A stretch of DNA of 63,487 bases, filler included, from Craspedostauros australis (Eukaryota), in NCBI GenBank assembly GCA_030167865.1. It is 10 parts of 10 records of this genome, joined end to end, with 100 filler letters (N's around TTAATTAATTAA, not from the genome) between each part and the next. Parts side by side here need not be neighbours in the genome. Positions count along the whole stretch, not along the records: positions 6,946 to 29,450 come from JALAGF010005042.1; positions 29,551 to 31,542 come from JALAGF010005045.1; positions 31,643 to 35,392 come from JALAGF010005046.1; positions 35,493 to 46,582 come from JALAGF010005047.1; 6 more parts are not named here. One strand, written 5' to 3'. Below the pieces are notes generated by a model. It saw only the letters and a program-made list of their open reading frames with translations, did not search any database and was not told where the DNA came from. A program made the translations under genes and the position numbers. Every line of letters starts with the position of its first letter. Position 1 is the first letter of the stretch. This document shows, one piece after another, positions 25,426 through 37,793 of this stretch.

Positions 25426-26973
25426 ATGATGTACTCAGGATCTGCAGCGAACCAGGAACCGAGCGACACGGGCGCGAGCACCACTTCTGAAACAGTCGCA
25501 AGCCAAGCCACTGGAGTATCGACCGCAACTGCAACTGCAACGGCTGGCACTGCGACGACGACGACGCTACTGCCGACAACTCGCATGATCAACCCGTATG
25601 CGCAAAAGACGGCAGCGACACAAAAGCAGCAGTTCATGAACCAAGAGCAGACTTTTCTGCCCCGCGACTATATACCCGACGACTCGGATGTGCTGTGCGG
25701 ACGAGGCGCTGCATGCTGGAAGCATCCAGGCAATACTCAATACAAGAATTTGGTCAAGCAGAGTGCTCTGAAGTACCATGCAGTGTCGAAGAAGATTGAT
25801 AAGAGCGTCATCGTCGCATCCGCCATCGATCATCTCCGCTCCACGGGCGCACTATTCTTGAAGCGCGATTCCGAGACCAACCTTTGGTACGACATCGGAG
25901 ACGAAGTAGCCCGCGACAAGGCCGGGCATGCCATCAGGGACTGCCTCAAGAAGATCTTGCAGCGACAAAGCAAGCCTCCCAAGTCAAACAGCGCCAAGAA
26001 GCCCGCTGCTGCCTCCGTCATCAAGAAACGAACAGCGACCGCGAAGGGTGCGGCAAGCAAGCGAAGCAGCAAGCGCGGACCAAATGCGAAACCAAGAATC
26101 AAGGTATCGACACGCGTGGCACCCAAACGCACAGCCAGAGCTCCACCAAAGCCCAAGGGGGCTCGAACCACGCAATCACGACATCCTGCCAGTTCTCGCC
26201 AACGAGCTACTGCTGTTTCGTCCACAGAGGGTGCCCAAGTGCCCCTCACATCGCTCGCCTCCCAGATCAGCCTGTGCACTAGTTCCCCACAAGTGAATCC
26301 GCCGGGTGTCACCGATCCCGTTCCTGTCGCATCGGACACTGTGCCAAAGGGCATGGCCAGTGCCACCGCAAGTGCGAGCAATGGTGATATGAATGGCGAT
26401 GCCAGACACTTTTGTGTTGGCGATTCTCATGCTAGCATCGTGGATGGGTCCACAGAAGCAAGATTCATCCAAGAATATGGTGTCAGCAAGAAGGCTGAGA
26501 TTGGGGTCAACTTTGGCATGAACCGCCGAATGGAGATTGGAACCTTCATGGAGACGAGGAAGCTAGCTCACAACTCGTCGCTGATGCGTCGCATTGCTAC
26601 CGATATGGTCGCCGCAATTGGTGCAGACGAGGACTTCGATGCACCGAAGAAGGCAGGATCGTCAGATCTTTGCTCATCCGCGTACAAGTCGCCCGCCCTT
26701 CCGGGTGCCTGTGGCTTGGGATGGTTGCACTCATGGGAGATGGAAGATGAGGCTTCAGGGATCGCTGCGGCTCCGCTTGATCCCAATCTGACCAGCATGG
26801 ACGTGGAAGGAACTCCAGCAGCCATTTCGTCACCCGCTCCCGAAAGTGAAAGTGAAAGTGGACGAGGCAACCAGTATCTACGTGCAACAACAGTGCTTGA
26901 CTCGATGCCAATCCATGAATTGGATGAGGAGGACCTTGACCTTTCCATTCCAAGCTGCAGCCATGGCGTCTAG
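25426..26973 (+). CDS. DUF6824 domain protein (diatom-expanded) with long disordered C-terminus
   Basis: DVLCGRG...HPGN..YK.LV...KS.IV......GA.FLK....WY.IGDE.ARDKAGHAIRD signature. Confidence 0.88.
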   Translation: MMYSGSAANQEPSDTGASTTSETVASQATGVSTATATATAGTATTTTLLPTTRMINPYAQKTAATQKQQFMNQEQTFLPRDYIPDDSDVLCGRGAACWKHPGNTQYKNLVKQSALKYHAVSKKIDKSVIVASAIDHLRSTGALFLKRDSETNLWYDIGDEVARDKAGHAIRDCLKKILQRQSKPPKSNSAKKPAAASVIKKRTATAKGAASKRSSKRGPNAKPRIKVSTRVAPKRTARAPPKPKGARTTQSRHPASSRQRATAVSSTEGAQVPLTSLASQISLCTSSPQVNPPGVTDPVPVASDTVPKGMASATASASNGDMNGDARHFCVGDSHASIVDGSTEARFIQEYGVSKKAEIGVNFGMNRRMEIGTFMETRKLAHNSSLMRRIATDMVAAIGADEDFDAPKKAGSSDLCSSAYKSPALPGACGLGWLHSWEMEDEASGIAAAPLDPNLTSMDVEGTPAAISSPAPESESESGRGNQYLRATTVLDSMPIHELDEEDLDLSIPSCSHGV

Positions 26974-29900
26974 AGGCAAAATCTATGACTCAACTCCGCG
27001 TTCCAAACTTAATACTGCATACTGCATACTGAATACTGTAATCCTTTTTTGTATTTGTCACGCATGCTCGTGCTCGATAACAGTAGCATCATCGCACCAT
27101 CATACAATCGCACAGACTCTCATCAGTACAGTCAGCGCATGGACGAAAGAAGAAAGAGCAAAGAGCAAGCTGCGACTTGGCTGACGCCAAACAGCAAAGG
27201 AATCGTGCTCGTCAATGCAGTATGCCAAGCCTGCACTACCATGCACTCCAAGTTGGGGATTCCACCTCGGTGACCGCTCATGCTGAGATGGGGTGGTGAC
27301 CACAGAGCAGTTGCAAACCCCGCTCAAAGATCCGGCTGTTGCCCAGACGCCAATGGGTCGCAACAGCAATCCTTGAGGATTTGGCGCCATTTCCATCGAA
27401 TCTTTAGTCTCTTCATTCCCGATTTCTCGCACATCACCTACGTGTAGTATCTTGGCTGTATTCATGCGTGGCAAGCATTGCGTGCAGTCAAGGGTGGCGT
27501 GAAATTCAATACAAACATCGACCGCCACAGCGTCCAAAGAAAGCGCGCGGCATTGCACATCCTGTATGACGAATCTCCACAAATGGCAAGCAGCCGACTT
27601 TGCATACCGGGATCCTTGATGCCGCAGGTGACCAAAATGGGTGTTCTGAAACATGCTCCGCCCAAGTGTCGATCTGTGGACCAACCCCCGACGGAGACAC
27701 TCCAAGTTTCATGTTCTTACACCTCCGACATCCAACAACCTTCGCCCAGCTTTCAGCACCCGACAACGTTCTCTAAACATTCAACATTCAACATTCAGCA
27801 TTCAACCTTCAGTTCTTAGCTTTCCGCATCCAGCAACCAGTGCTGAACGAGTCAGTCTGACCTGTTTCCACAGTTGCCCAGCACGCAAAACCTCTTCGCA
27901 ATCTTCTACTCGCAGGAAACATCGAAACGACGCGTGTCGTTGATGTGCCGTGCCGTGCTAGTCGTACGCGATAGCATGCACCAAAGTGGAACGCCACGCA
28001 ATGGTTTGGCGCGCTGTTTGCTCTGCATTCGCATCGGAGTTGGTGTCGCCAGATTGTCCCTGAATCGGTGCATACAGCATGATGACCCAAACGAAGGCGC
28101 GAATGGGCAGAAATTGTACGCGAAAACATACTCCACAGCACATCACATACGCCGTTCTCGTTTCATCCTGATCTATTCGAATGAATCGAAGGTGCAACGA
28201 ACAATCAATCACGGACGTTCCATTTTCGAACTCGACAAACAAAGAACACTGACGGAGACAGTGAAACGGACGACTATCGTGACTTGTCTGTGTCGAACAC
28301 ACGTTTAAATCGTTATACCTCGTATATACGATAACGTTTTCAACCGCAATGACCTCTCCAATGACACCATTGTTTGTTCTCGACTCTCTGCCGCAGTGTC
28401 CATAGAATACCGCACAACGAGGAAGGGCAACAGCAGGAACAGCAGTAGCAGAGGGAGGACGGAGAGGAGCGCTGAAACCACCCAACTGCTCTGCTGCACT
28501 CTGATATCTCTAGAGCGGAATCTGAGAAACATGAAGAATGATATTGTCTCAAGCGCAACGACAGCGACGTGAGTATGGATCTTGAAGCTGCGAGATGAGG
28601 TAATGTGTATGTGTGCGCGCGATACGTGTGTTTGGAACAGAAGCGCTCAACAAAGTGATGAAAATGAAACCATGACATCGGAAAGGTTCGACGCCTTCTT
28701 CAAGTTCGGTCATGTCGGAGAAGTTGATTAGCCTCAAATCGTGTTAAGCCTCAAGGCAGAGGCGCACACCTGTTGTTTTCCCCTAGCTCCCATCATTGTT
28801 CGTGTGGTTACGGTCTGTGCACGTATGCGTGGTTCCACACGAAGACTTCTGTTTCGTTCCTGGACTCTCTTGGTGCGTTCTTGGTGCTTCTTCGAACATG
28901 GGTTCGAGGAGCTTCTTATGGCATGTGCGCAAGGTGTTTGTGTCGCGATGGATAAGACCCGCCTGAGCGAAAATAGTACACCTTTCTCGGGAAGTCCTCT
29001 CAGATTTCCCTATAAATTTAATATGATGTTCCTCTATATGAGAAAGTGACGGATTGACTTTCCTAGAATTGCTACACTTTATATTTTATAAGTTATGAGG
29101 GCTTGAGTTGAGAAATTCCCCACAGTAGCCCGTGCTTTAGGTTTTTAGCTTTCGATCGGACATGGATGCGACTCGTCATTGTCTTCAAGTTGGACGTCGG
29201 CGAGCGGCGAAAATGTCCTTTTTTCCTCTCTGAGACGGACTCACAGCAAGGCACTCGAAGCTGAACTCAGACGTGTCTACAGTCGTGCGAACGGATCAAC
29301 ATTTCGGCTGTTTTTGGCCCCAATTGATTGCACGCAGTTTCTCGCAGTGGACTTGGAACAGGTGTGGAGGAGAAAAACTGCATCAGAATGCGATGGTACG
29401 TACGTGCACTGCGCTGTACGTACGACATTAGGATGGGATGAAGGTGCAGANNNNNNNNNNNNNNNNNNNNNNNNNNNNNNNNNNNNNNNNNNNNTTAATT
29501 AATTAANNNNNNNNNNNNNNNNNNNNNNNNNNNNNNNNNNNNNNNNNNNNGCTCTGCACTTTTTGCTCTCGTTGTATCGTCGTTCATCTTTTTGCTTCGG
29601 AAAATCAGGTGTCGGTGGTATCGAACCCATGAAGCTGGTCCGGTCTGATTCTTCCTCAGTCAACTATTTCGTTCTCCCGGGCGTAAGCCACAGGTTTACG
29701 TTACCATGTCGAAATTCCCCGTAGTCCTAAAAGTAACGTGCTCCTGTAACGCTCAGNNNNNNNNNNNNNNNNNNNNNNNNNNNNNNNNNNNNNNNNNNNN
29801 NNNNNNNNNNNNNNNNNNNNNNNNNNNNNNNTAGGGGGGTATTTGTTGTTTCTGTACTCTATTTTGGTTCAGTCCCGTACAATCGGGAATTACTGATGTC

Positions 29901-31642
29901 ACACATTTCGACAGTGGTTTCCATTCCGAGAGTACGCACATTGACGGCGAAGAAACATGTTGTTGATCAACACAGCTGCATCGCGTGGAGTAGCCCGTTG
30001 AGTAGAGTTAAACGCCAGCACCGCCAAGGAAGTGGCAATAACACGATTACTGCCATTGGTGGAGATGGAGAGACGAGCGTGTCCGTGTGGCATCGTCGTG
30101 GACGGTCAAGTATTCTTGTTCGTGTACGATACGCAACTCGGTCGCAGAGCTGGAAGAGTGGATGCAATACTTGGGCTGAATTTGGTTCTGTTGCGACAGC
30201 GTACCGACTTCGTCGTCAACTTCATTGTATGGTGTGAGCAGACCCTCCTTGACATCAATCCGTGTGATGGTGGTGATACCACACAACCAGTCTGCTCCGC
30301 TGTACGGGTACGAGTGGATCATTGTAGTCGTACGAGTAATACAACTTGAGCAGAATGAGGACTCCATCAGATCAACAGGAGGCGTGATGAAGAGGAAGTG
30401 CCACCACTGTTGCCTTTCTTCGTCCTCTTGCGTGTGTGTGGGTATCAGTGCAAGGTTATGAATTCAAGGAGATGGGAACATCATCCAGCCATGTCTACAG
30501 GCATGTGTGAGTGTTGGTTGGTTGGTTGGTTGGTTGGTTGCTCGTCTGGAGTGTTGCGTTTGGGTTCGACTTGAGTTGGCATAGTTGACGTCAGTGGCTT
30601 GGTTAATTCGTTGATGATTCTCCGAGAGCGGATCAATCACGCGTGGTTGGCATACGCCCGTCGCCATGGGCAAGGCGAAAAGGACTGCGCCAGCGTTTGT
30701 GCGTGCGTCTGAAGGCACATACAATAAATGTGGATTCTGTCGGTCGTGAATGAGACAAGAAAGGACCTGCCATCACGAAGGAACGAAAATGAGGCGTCGC
30801 GGTGTTGGCGGAAACACGGAACTCGAAGATCGTGAACAGAAGTTGGAGAGAGATGCGAGGATAGTTGTGCGTTGATGAAGCGATTGCAGGGTTGAGCAAA
30901 GCATGTGCGTTGCGTGTTCCAGAGCGGAGAGCCTGGTAGATGCAAGGAATGACTCCGAATGGGAGCTAATAGGTGTTTGGCAGGTCTGGACCACGATCTG
31001 ACGAGGCAACAAAACGCAAGGCCAACCAAGATGAGACGAGGTGAGTGGAACGAACAAGAGCGAGTGGGCATGGTCTTTGTGTGACGGTGAGGCTGAGAGA
31101 GAGAGAGAGGGGGGGAGAGCGGCAGAGCGAGCGAGTCAGTTCGTCCGTGGGATCCAGATAGCAGAAGCATCGGAGAAACCATCGACGGGATGGAGAGGGC
31201 CAGCTTCGTTGAGAATGAATTTGCTTCGCATTCATGTATGAGGCTGCTGCGCATTCTTCATCATACACACTTTACTCACGAAAGGAAAGGAAAGAACGTA
31301 TCAATGCAATACCAGTGAGCGCGTTGCTCTTCGAAGATTGGCCAAACAGGACATCCCAACAATAATAGTTCTTCTGTTTGGTTCGTTGTCTCGACAGCAA
31401 CCAGCATCCAGCACTTCTCATTCATGCTGATAGGCTATTCCACGGGCTACAGAGAGTGGAGCATGTTGCTTCTCAACTGCCAATGTTACCGTCTATCAGT
31501 GCATTTGGTTCCGGTGTGATGAAATGGTGTGCGGTGTATAGTNNNNNNNNNNNNNNNNNNNNNNNNNNNNNNNNNNNNNNNNNNNNTTAATTAATTAANN
31601 NNNNNNNNNNNNNNNNNNNNNNNNNNNNNNNNNNNNNNNNNN

Positions 31643-34600
31643 TCACGTCTGCAGGCCTCTGCATCTTTAACCCGATGTCCTCCATCAGTTGTGTCAGAAA
31701 GCGGATCTCCTTTCCAGCTTCTGACAGTGCGACATACTCGGCCTCGGTCGAGCTCAATGTCACGCTGCGCTGTGCCTTCGATCTCCAGATGATAGGCACC
31801 CCTTGCAGTAGGACCAAATGTCCTCCAACGCTGATGCGGTTGTCCTTGTCCCCGGCAAATTCACTGTCGGNNNNNNNNNNNNNNNNNNNNNNNNNNNNNN
31901 NNNNNNNNNNNNNNNNNNNNNNNNNNNNNNNNNNNNNNNNNCACGAACTTCATTACTCTCAGCATCTCCTTGTATGCTGCGGCCGTTGGTCCATCCAACA
32001 CCTTCGTAAGCTCTCGGACTGCATTTGCGATGTCTGGTCTCGAATGCTTCACCAGGTATAGCAGCATACCCACTCCGCTGCGGTATCTGCTGTGTCGATC
32101 CTTATCGACTTTGGGTGCTTCACTGTTTCTCTGGATCCCTTGACCTGGTGTCCCTGGGGTTCCATATCTTTGAAGCTTCATCACGTCGCTCTTGAATGTG
32201 TCCGTGATATTTTTGATGATGTGTGGCTGGTTCACCCAGCAGTTGGTTTCGTTCTTGTTGAATTCGATGCGGCAGCTCAAGTAGTCTTCGAGACCATTCT
32301 CGATCTTGATTCCGAATCGTTCGCGCTTGATGTCTTTCACCAATTGCTTCAGATCGCGCGTGCTTCCGATGCACAGGCAATCATCGACGTACGTCCCGAT
32401 AAGGACGAGGTTCCCTTCCCGATTCCGAATTAGCAGGCATGGGTCCACCTTGCTCTGCCGGAAGTCAAGCTTGATCAGGATGTCCACAAGCTTTTTGTTC
32501 CATTGCCTTGCGCTTTGTACCAGCCCGTAGATGGTCTTTTTCAGCAGCAGGCATTCATCCGGTTCGTGTTCCATTCCTTTGGGACACTGCATGTAGATCT
32601 CCTCCTCGAGTTCTCCATGTAGGAAAGCAGTCTCAAAGTCGATGATAATGCTGTCAGTCTTCAGCAGCATCTTCATAGTGAGCATCACACGGTATGTTGC
32701 ATCATGGATCACGGGCGCATGATGAGCGGAGAAATCCACTCCAGCAATCTGCGAGTATCCACAAGCAACCAACCTGGCTCGAAAGACGCCGTTCCTCTTC
32801 TCCTTGAAGACCCANNNNNNNNNNNNNNNNNNNNNNNNNNNNNNNNNNTCGTTCTTCTTGATCTTCTGCCAGACTCCTCGTCTCGTCATGTCGTAGAACT
32901 CTTTATTGATGGCCTCCCGCCATTTCCTTCGCTTAGCCGGATCTGCATGATCCCAGCATTCTTCGAATGTCGTGGGGTCCAGCATCATAGTCGTGTATGC
33001 ATGCTCGGACATCTCATCCCATTTCTCTCTCTCGACTCGTTGACTTGCCGTAATGAAGTCATCCAGTCTCATCCTTCCTTGTGTGGTGTCAATCATCATA
33101 CTGGCCACATCTCGATTGAACATGGATATGTTCGAATGGAAGTCCCGTTCTTCAGCGGTTGCAGGGGTTGTCTCAGCTACCTCAGCTGGTTCATCGTTCC
33201 CACTGCCTGATTCTGAATCGGATTCATATCCTGGCGGGTTGTTGTGCGGTGCCAAATCGCGTAGCATCCGTGACATCCTTGCCACTGGTCTGATGGGAGA
33301 GTACTCGAGGTGCTTGCCTTCAGCCACTTGCCTCCGAGTCACTCGATCTTCGTCCCTTCCGGATTCATCGTCGTATTCCTCGTCCGATGGTTCGTCCCCT
33401 TGGGCGGGTAGCAATTCATCTTGCTCTCGAGTATGATCTTCAGTATCATCGTGGTCTATTCCGGACTCTCTACTCTTATCAGCTGATGCGGCCTTCGCTT
33501 TCCTCGCGATACCCGTATCACGCTCCCAAGTTACCTTCGTATTACGGAGTGCTGCTCCGGCATCGAAGTCGTCGTCTTCCAGGTCCACCCACTGTGTCCT
33601 GTTGGCATTCTCAATACCCTTGAATTGCCCATACGACTGGTTCATCCATGTCACGTCTCTGGCGATCAGAACCCTCGTAGTTGCCAGATTCATCATGCGG
33701 TACACACCACTCGCATGAGACTGTCCGTATCCAACGAACATGGCAGGTTTGGATCTGTCATCTAGTTTCGCCTTGATAGTGCGACTGCCGATGAAAACCA
33801 TTCCGATTTCCCCAAACACACGCAGTCCTTGCGCGTAGGTTGGGATTTGCCCATTGAGCAGCAGGCACGCAGGTTCCCTTGATTTAGTCTCAATGATGTT
33901 TTCAATCTGCGTTGCATTCCTTGCTGCCTCTGCCCATAGCTTGCCGCGTAGCTGTCTTGGTAAGTGTGCCTGGTTCAACATTGACCTGACCTTACCATAC
34001 AGTACCGCAAATTTTCGTTCCACTCTTCCATTTTGCTGTGGCGTTGATGCCGCGGTGTACTCGAATGTTGGGGCGAACCCTGCCTTCAACAATAGTTTCT
34101 CCGCGCTGTAATTTTCGCCAGCATTGTCACATCTGATATTTTTCACTGTCACTTGTTGATTGCCCAAGAGCCATTTCAACAACGACATCAGCTTGGATCC
34201 GACTTCGCCTTTCTCTTTCACGAAGTAGCTCCAGCAGTGATCACTGTAGTCATCGATGACCAGCAGCCAGTACTTTCCGTGACNNNNNNNNNNNNNNNNN
34301 NNNNNNNNNNNNNNNNNNNNNNNNNNNNNNNNNNNNNNGCCTTTCTGTCTTGCCTTCCCGATTGCGCAATCCTCGCAGGGATTGAGCGTTCCTGTGACGT
34401 TCCATCCATAGTGTCTCGCCGTTCTGGAGATCGTGTAAGAGTCAACGTGGCCTAGCATCTTATGCAACTTATTCACATCCATGGGCTTCTTTGTGTCGAG
34501 TCCGATGTTCGCCATCTCTTCGTCTTTGGGGACTGGAACCATGTTCACACCCAACACAAAGCCACTGTGCGTTGCCATGATCCGGTCAAACCGGATGCGC

Positions 34601-35392
34601 TGTCCNNNNNNNNNNNNNNNNNNNNNNNNNNNNNNNNNNNNNNNNNNNNNNNNNNNNNNNNNNNNNNNNNNNNNNNNNNNNNNNNNNNNNNNNNNNNNNN
34701 NNNNNNNNNNNNNNNNNNNNNNNNNNNNNNNNNNNNNNNNNNNNNNNNNNTGCAACACTTTCATGCGTAAATCTCCGACCTTGGTGGCACGCAAGAATTT
34801 ACCGCTTCCGACCTTCACCGAAAAATTAGAGAGGCGCACATTAGTCACGCCCTCATCGTTATTCGTGAGGTGGCATGATGCACCTGTGTCGCCCAGCCAT
34901 GTGTTTGCTTCATGCTGGTCTGGCGCGATGAGCTTGCGGCTGCTGCTGCTCGCCTCGAGGTCCCTGACCACCATGGCCAAGTCATAGCCTCGAGTAGCCA
35001 TCGCGATGTGGTCCGCCATCTCCAGTCGGTATTGCGGACTCCCCACACGGGGTCCCTTCTTTGGCAANNNNNNNNNNNNNNNNNNNNNNNNNNNNNNNNN
35101 NTCTTCCCAGTTGTACATCCACATGAGTCGCTGAGCTGACATTTTGCTCATTCTTGCGATCAGGTGATTTGGGAGGAGTGGGAGTTGCCTTTCTTCGAGT
35201 AGCTCATTAATCATCACGAGCTTGCATGACACATCGAACATTCCGTTGATGCCGATTTGCGTGAGCATGTAGTAGAGCTCACGAGCGCCCATACACTGTG
35301 CTCCTGCATCGATGGTCGCCTTTCTCACGTCGTAGCATAGAAGTGCCACATTGAAGCGCACATCGTTCGCCTCCAATGCGTTGGATAGGGAG
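31643..35392 (-). mobile_element. Ty1/Copia pol fragment (protease-integrase-RT-RNase H), open frame apart from gaps
   Basis: WLGDTGASCH protease; H..LGH...C..C; VIDDYS, IRCDNAGEN, TPQQNGRVERKF integrase; RARLVACGYSQ, YGLVQSARQW, YVDD RT; SVTLSSTEAEYVALSE RNase H; Copia domain order. Confidence 0.95.
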
Positions 35393-35492
35393 NNNNNNNN
35401 NNNNNNNNNNNNNNNNNNNNNNNNNNNNNNNNNNNNTTAATTAATTAANNNNNNNNNNNNNNNNNNNNNNNNNNNNNNNNNNNNNNNNNNNN

Positions 35493-36166
35493 CAAGAAGA
35501 AAACGAAGCATCGGAGCAAATTGCGTGCGAGACACAAACAATGAAGGAGAATACGGAATCTCCGGAGTTGGTGGAAGAAAATGTGAGGACACAATTGTTG
35601 CGGCGAGTCAGAGCTGCAATGGAGGGACTAAAAAAATAAATCAGCACTGCAATTGACATCGATAATTTTTCTTTTGGCGATACGAATCAAGGCACAAAGA
35701 CACTGAATCTGGCCGTTGTGCGCTAGNNNNNNNNNNNNNNNNNNNNNNNNNNNNNNNNNNNNNNNNNNNNNNNNNNGTGTCTTCACTCAACAGCTCGTCA
35801 CCCGCGTCCTGAAAGACTTGATCTCTCTTGAAGGACTCGTGTGATTTCGCTGTGTACAATTACGAGATAACACACACAGAGATCGTGCCTGCACAACACA
35901 CAACAGCAGATGAGGAGGAAATCGCGCTGCAACAAGAAGAAAACGAAGCATCGGAGCAAATTGCGTGNNNNNNNNNNNNNNNNNNNNNNNNNNNNNNNNN
36001 NNNNNNNNNNNNNNNNNNNNNNNNNNNNNNNNNNNNNNNNNNNNNNNNNNNNNNNNNNNNNNNNNNNNNNNNNNNNNNNNNNNNNNNNNNNNNNNNNNNN
36101 NNNNNNNNNNNNNNNNNNGATACGAATCAAGGCACAAAGACACTGAATCTGGCCGTTGTGCGCTAG
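35493..36166. repeat. Tandem duplication with 440-bp period (partly gapped)
   Basis: CAAGAAGAAAACGAAGCATCGG at 35493 and 35933; GATACGAATCAAGGCACAAAG at 35679 and 36119. Confidence 0.75.
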
Positions 36167-36195
36167 TCGTGTCTAGATGAGCGCGAAATCGATGG

Positions 36196-36356
36196 GTCCA
36201 TAAAAATTAAAATAAGACATTAAAGCAAAATCGGCGTCCACTGAGATTCTTATATTTTTCTCTAGTTTTTGAATATGTGGGTGGTTTGGTTGAAACCCCC
36301 GTAAGTTGCCACCCCTCCAGGACCGACTGCAGGTCCCGTCAAACAACCGGGTCATA
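36196..36356. mobile_element. Diverged Sola3-like terminal inverted repeat relic
   Basis: Blocks GTCCATAAAA.TTAAAATAA, TTATAT, GAATATGT, TGGTTT, TGCAGGTC in the same order and nearly the same spacing as in TIR 43660-43816. Confidence 0.45.
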
Positions 36357-36742
36357 GTTGTTGAGTAGTTGTTCTGTGTGACATCAACGTCAACAGTTCG
36401 TTGTTTTCGGTGATGTCAAGAATTGTTGGCACGCTTCAATCGTCTGCCTGTCATCCGTGGTTGATCGTGTTTGGGGCAATACGATGCCAGGGACACCCGG
36501 CAAAAAACANNNNNNNNNNNNNNNNNNNNNNNNNNNNNNNNNNNNNNNNNNNNNCAATTTTGTCACTCAGACACAAGAAGGCCGCAATTGACATTCCACG
36601 ATTGGCGAAGAACGAATCTCCTTTCGAAGAACTTAGTGAGACATCATGTTGGTCCTACTTCGGAGAAACAAAACGAGGCATTGATGCCGCTGGCCTAATT
36701 GATCGAGTCCCGTCTATATCGATGACAAACAGTTTCGAATTC

Positions 36743-36833
36743 TAAATAAATCGAATGACGGATAAATAAATCGAGTGACGGATAAATAAATCGAATGACG
36801 GATATTAAAATCGAATGACGGATAAATAAGTCG
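36743..36833. repeat. 20-bp direct repeat array (AAATCGA(A/G)TGACGGATAAAT) about x4
   Basis: Directly visible; second array at 37671-37758. Confidence 0.9.
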
Positions 36834-37670
36834 CACAAGTTTGTCACTCGTGACCCAAGAANACAAGGCCGGCAAGTGATCGAACTAATCAAGTGCANTN
36901 GGTCACACAAGCAAACCACGAAATGGTGGCTCTCCTCGACTCTGCCCTGCTCTGGACGGATCACAACAGAGACGAGTGTGGAGTTGGAGTGTTATTGTCT
37001 ATTATACGTTTTATTTTGGTTACAATTATATAAATGTGAAGCAGACTGTGCAAAGACTTCGTGGTCAACCTTGAAGAGTTCTGATCTGTTGTCCATTTGG
37101 TGCTGTATTGGAAGAAGAGGAGCGGGAGAGAGCCATTGGAATGGTATGGCTGCCGCTCGTGCCAGCGGCTTTGCTTTGTTGGAAGGAGGAAGCGTGGGGC
37201 GGGGGGNNNNNNNNNNNNNNNNNNNNNNNNNNNNNNNNNNNNNNNNNNNNNNNNNNNNNNNNNNNNNNNNNNNNNNNNNNNNNNNNNNNNNNNNNNNNGA
37301 CTACCCTTCGAACAAAGAGACACCTTCACTGATACCGCAAAACCAAGTGCAGAACAGACGAAATGAGCATGACATCACACTGGTCTAAAGCGATGTAGGA
37401 TGCAACACATGCGTGCATCGGTGTGTATTGCATTTGTATCGCGTTCGCTACACTACGTTGATACTTGATGTTGTGGAGTGGTCTTGCCTGGCTTGGCCAT
37501 CCGAAACGAGCGCGGGAGCATCAAGTGTTGCTCTCACCAAGCCCCGTCTTTGTATTCGTGGTCTGTTGGTCTGTTTCCGTTTCATCAATCGCGATGTGAC
37601 GAGAACCTCGTTTAGTCGAACTAGTCCGGTAGTGTCAATGGTGTCCCGTGAAGACAATGGATTGATAACT

Positions 37671-37758
37671 AGATAAATCGAACAACGGATAATTAAATCG
37701 AGTGACGGATAAAAAAATCGAATGACGGATAAAAAATCGAATGACGGCTATTAAAATC
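37671..37758. repeat. 20-bp direct repeat array, same unit as 36743-36833
   Basis: Directly visible. Confidence 0.9.
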
Positions 37759-37793
37759 AAGGGTTCGGTTTTCGCACGACTGGACGGGATTAA

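Noticed and set aside
29600..29660. tRNA-like T-arm (GGGTTCGATACC on the minus strand followed by TTTT)
   Set aside because: No matching acceptor stem, D-arm or A-box upstream; cannot fold a cloverleaf
29832..29930. Possible PPT/LTR/PBS arrangement (TAGGGGGG...TTTCGACA-GTGGT)
   Set aside because: Adjacent to a gap, no second copy, PBS not matched to a tRNA I can identify
27000..31542. Short ORFs after the DUF6824 gene and on scaffold 3
   Set aside because: No domain signal or coding bias; contain microsatellites typical of UTR or intergenic DNA
36743..37758. 20-bp arrays (and the 48786-48888 motif) as CRISPR arrays
   Set aside because: Head-to-tail or short related spacers, only 3-4 units, no cas genes, eukaryotic context
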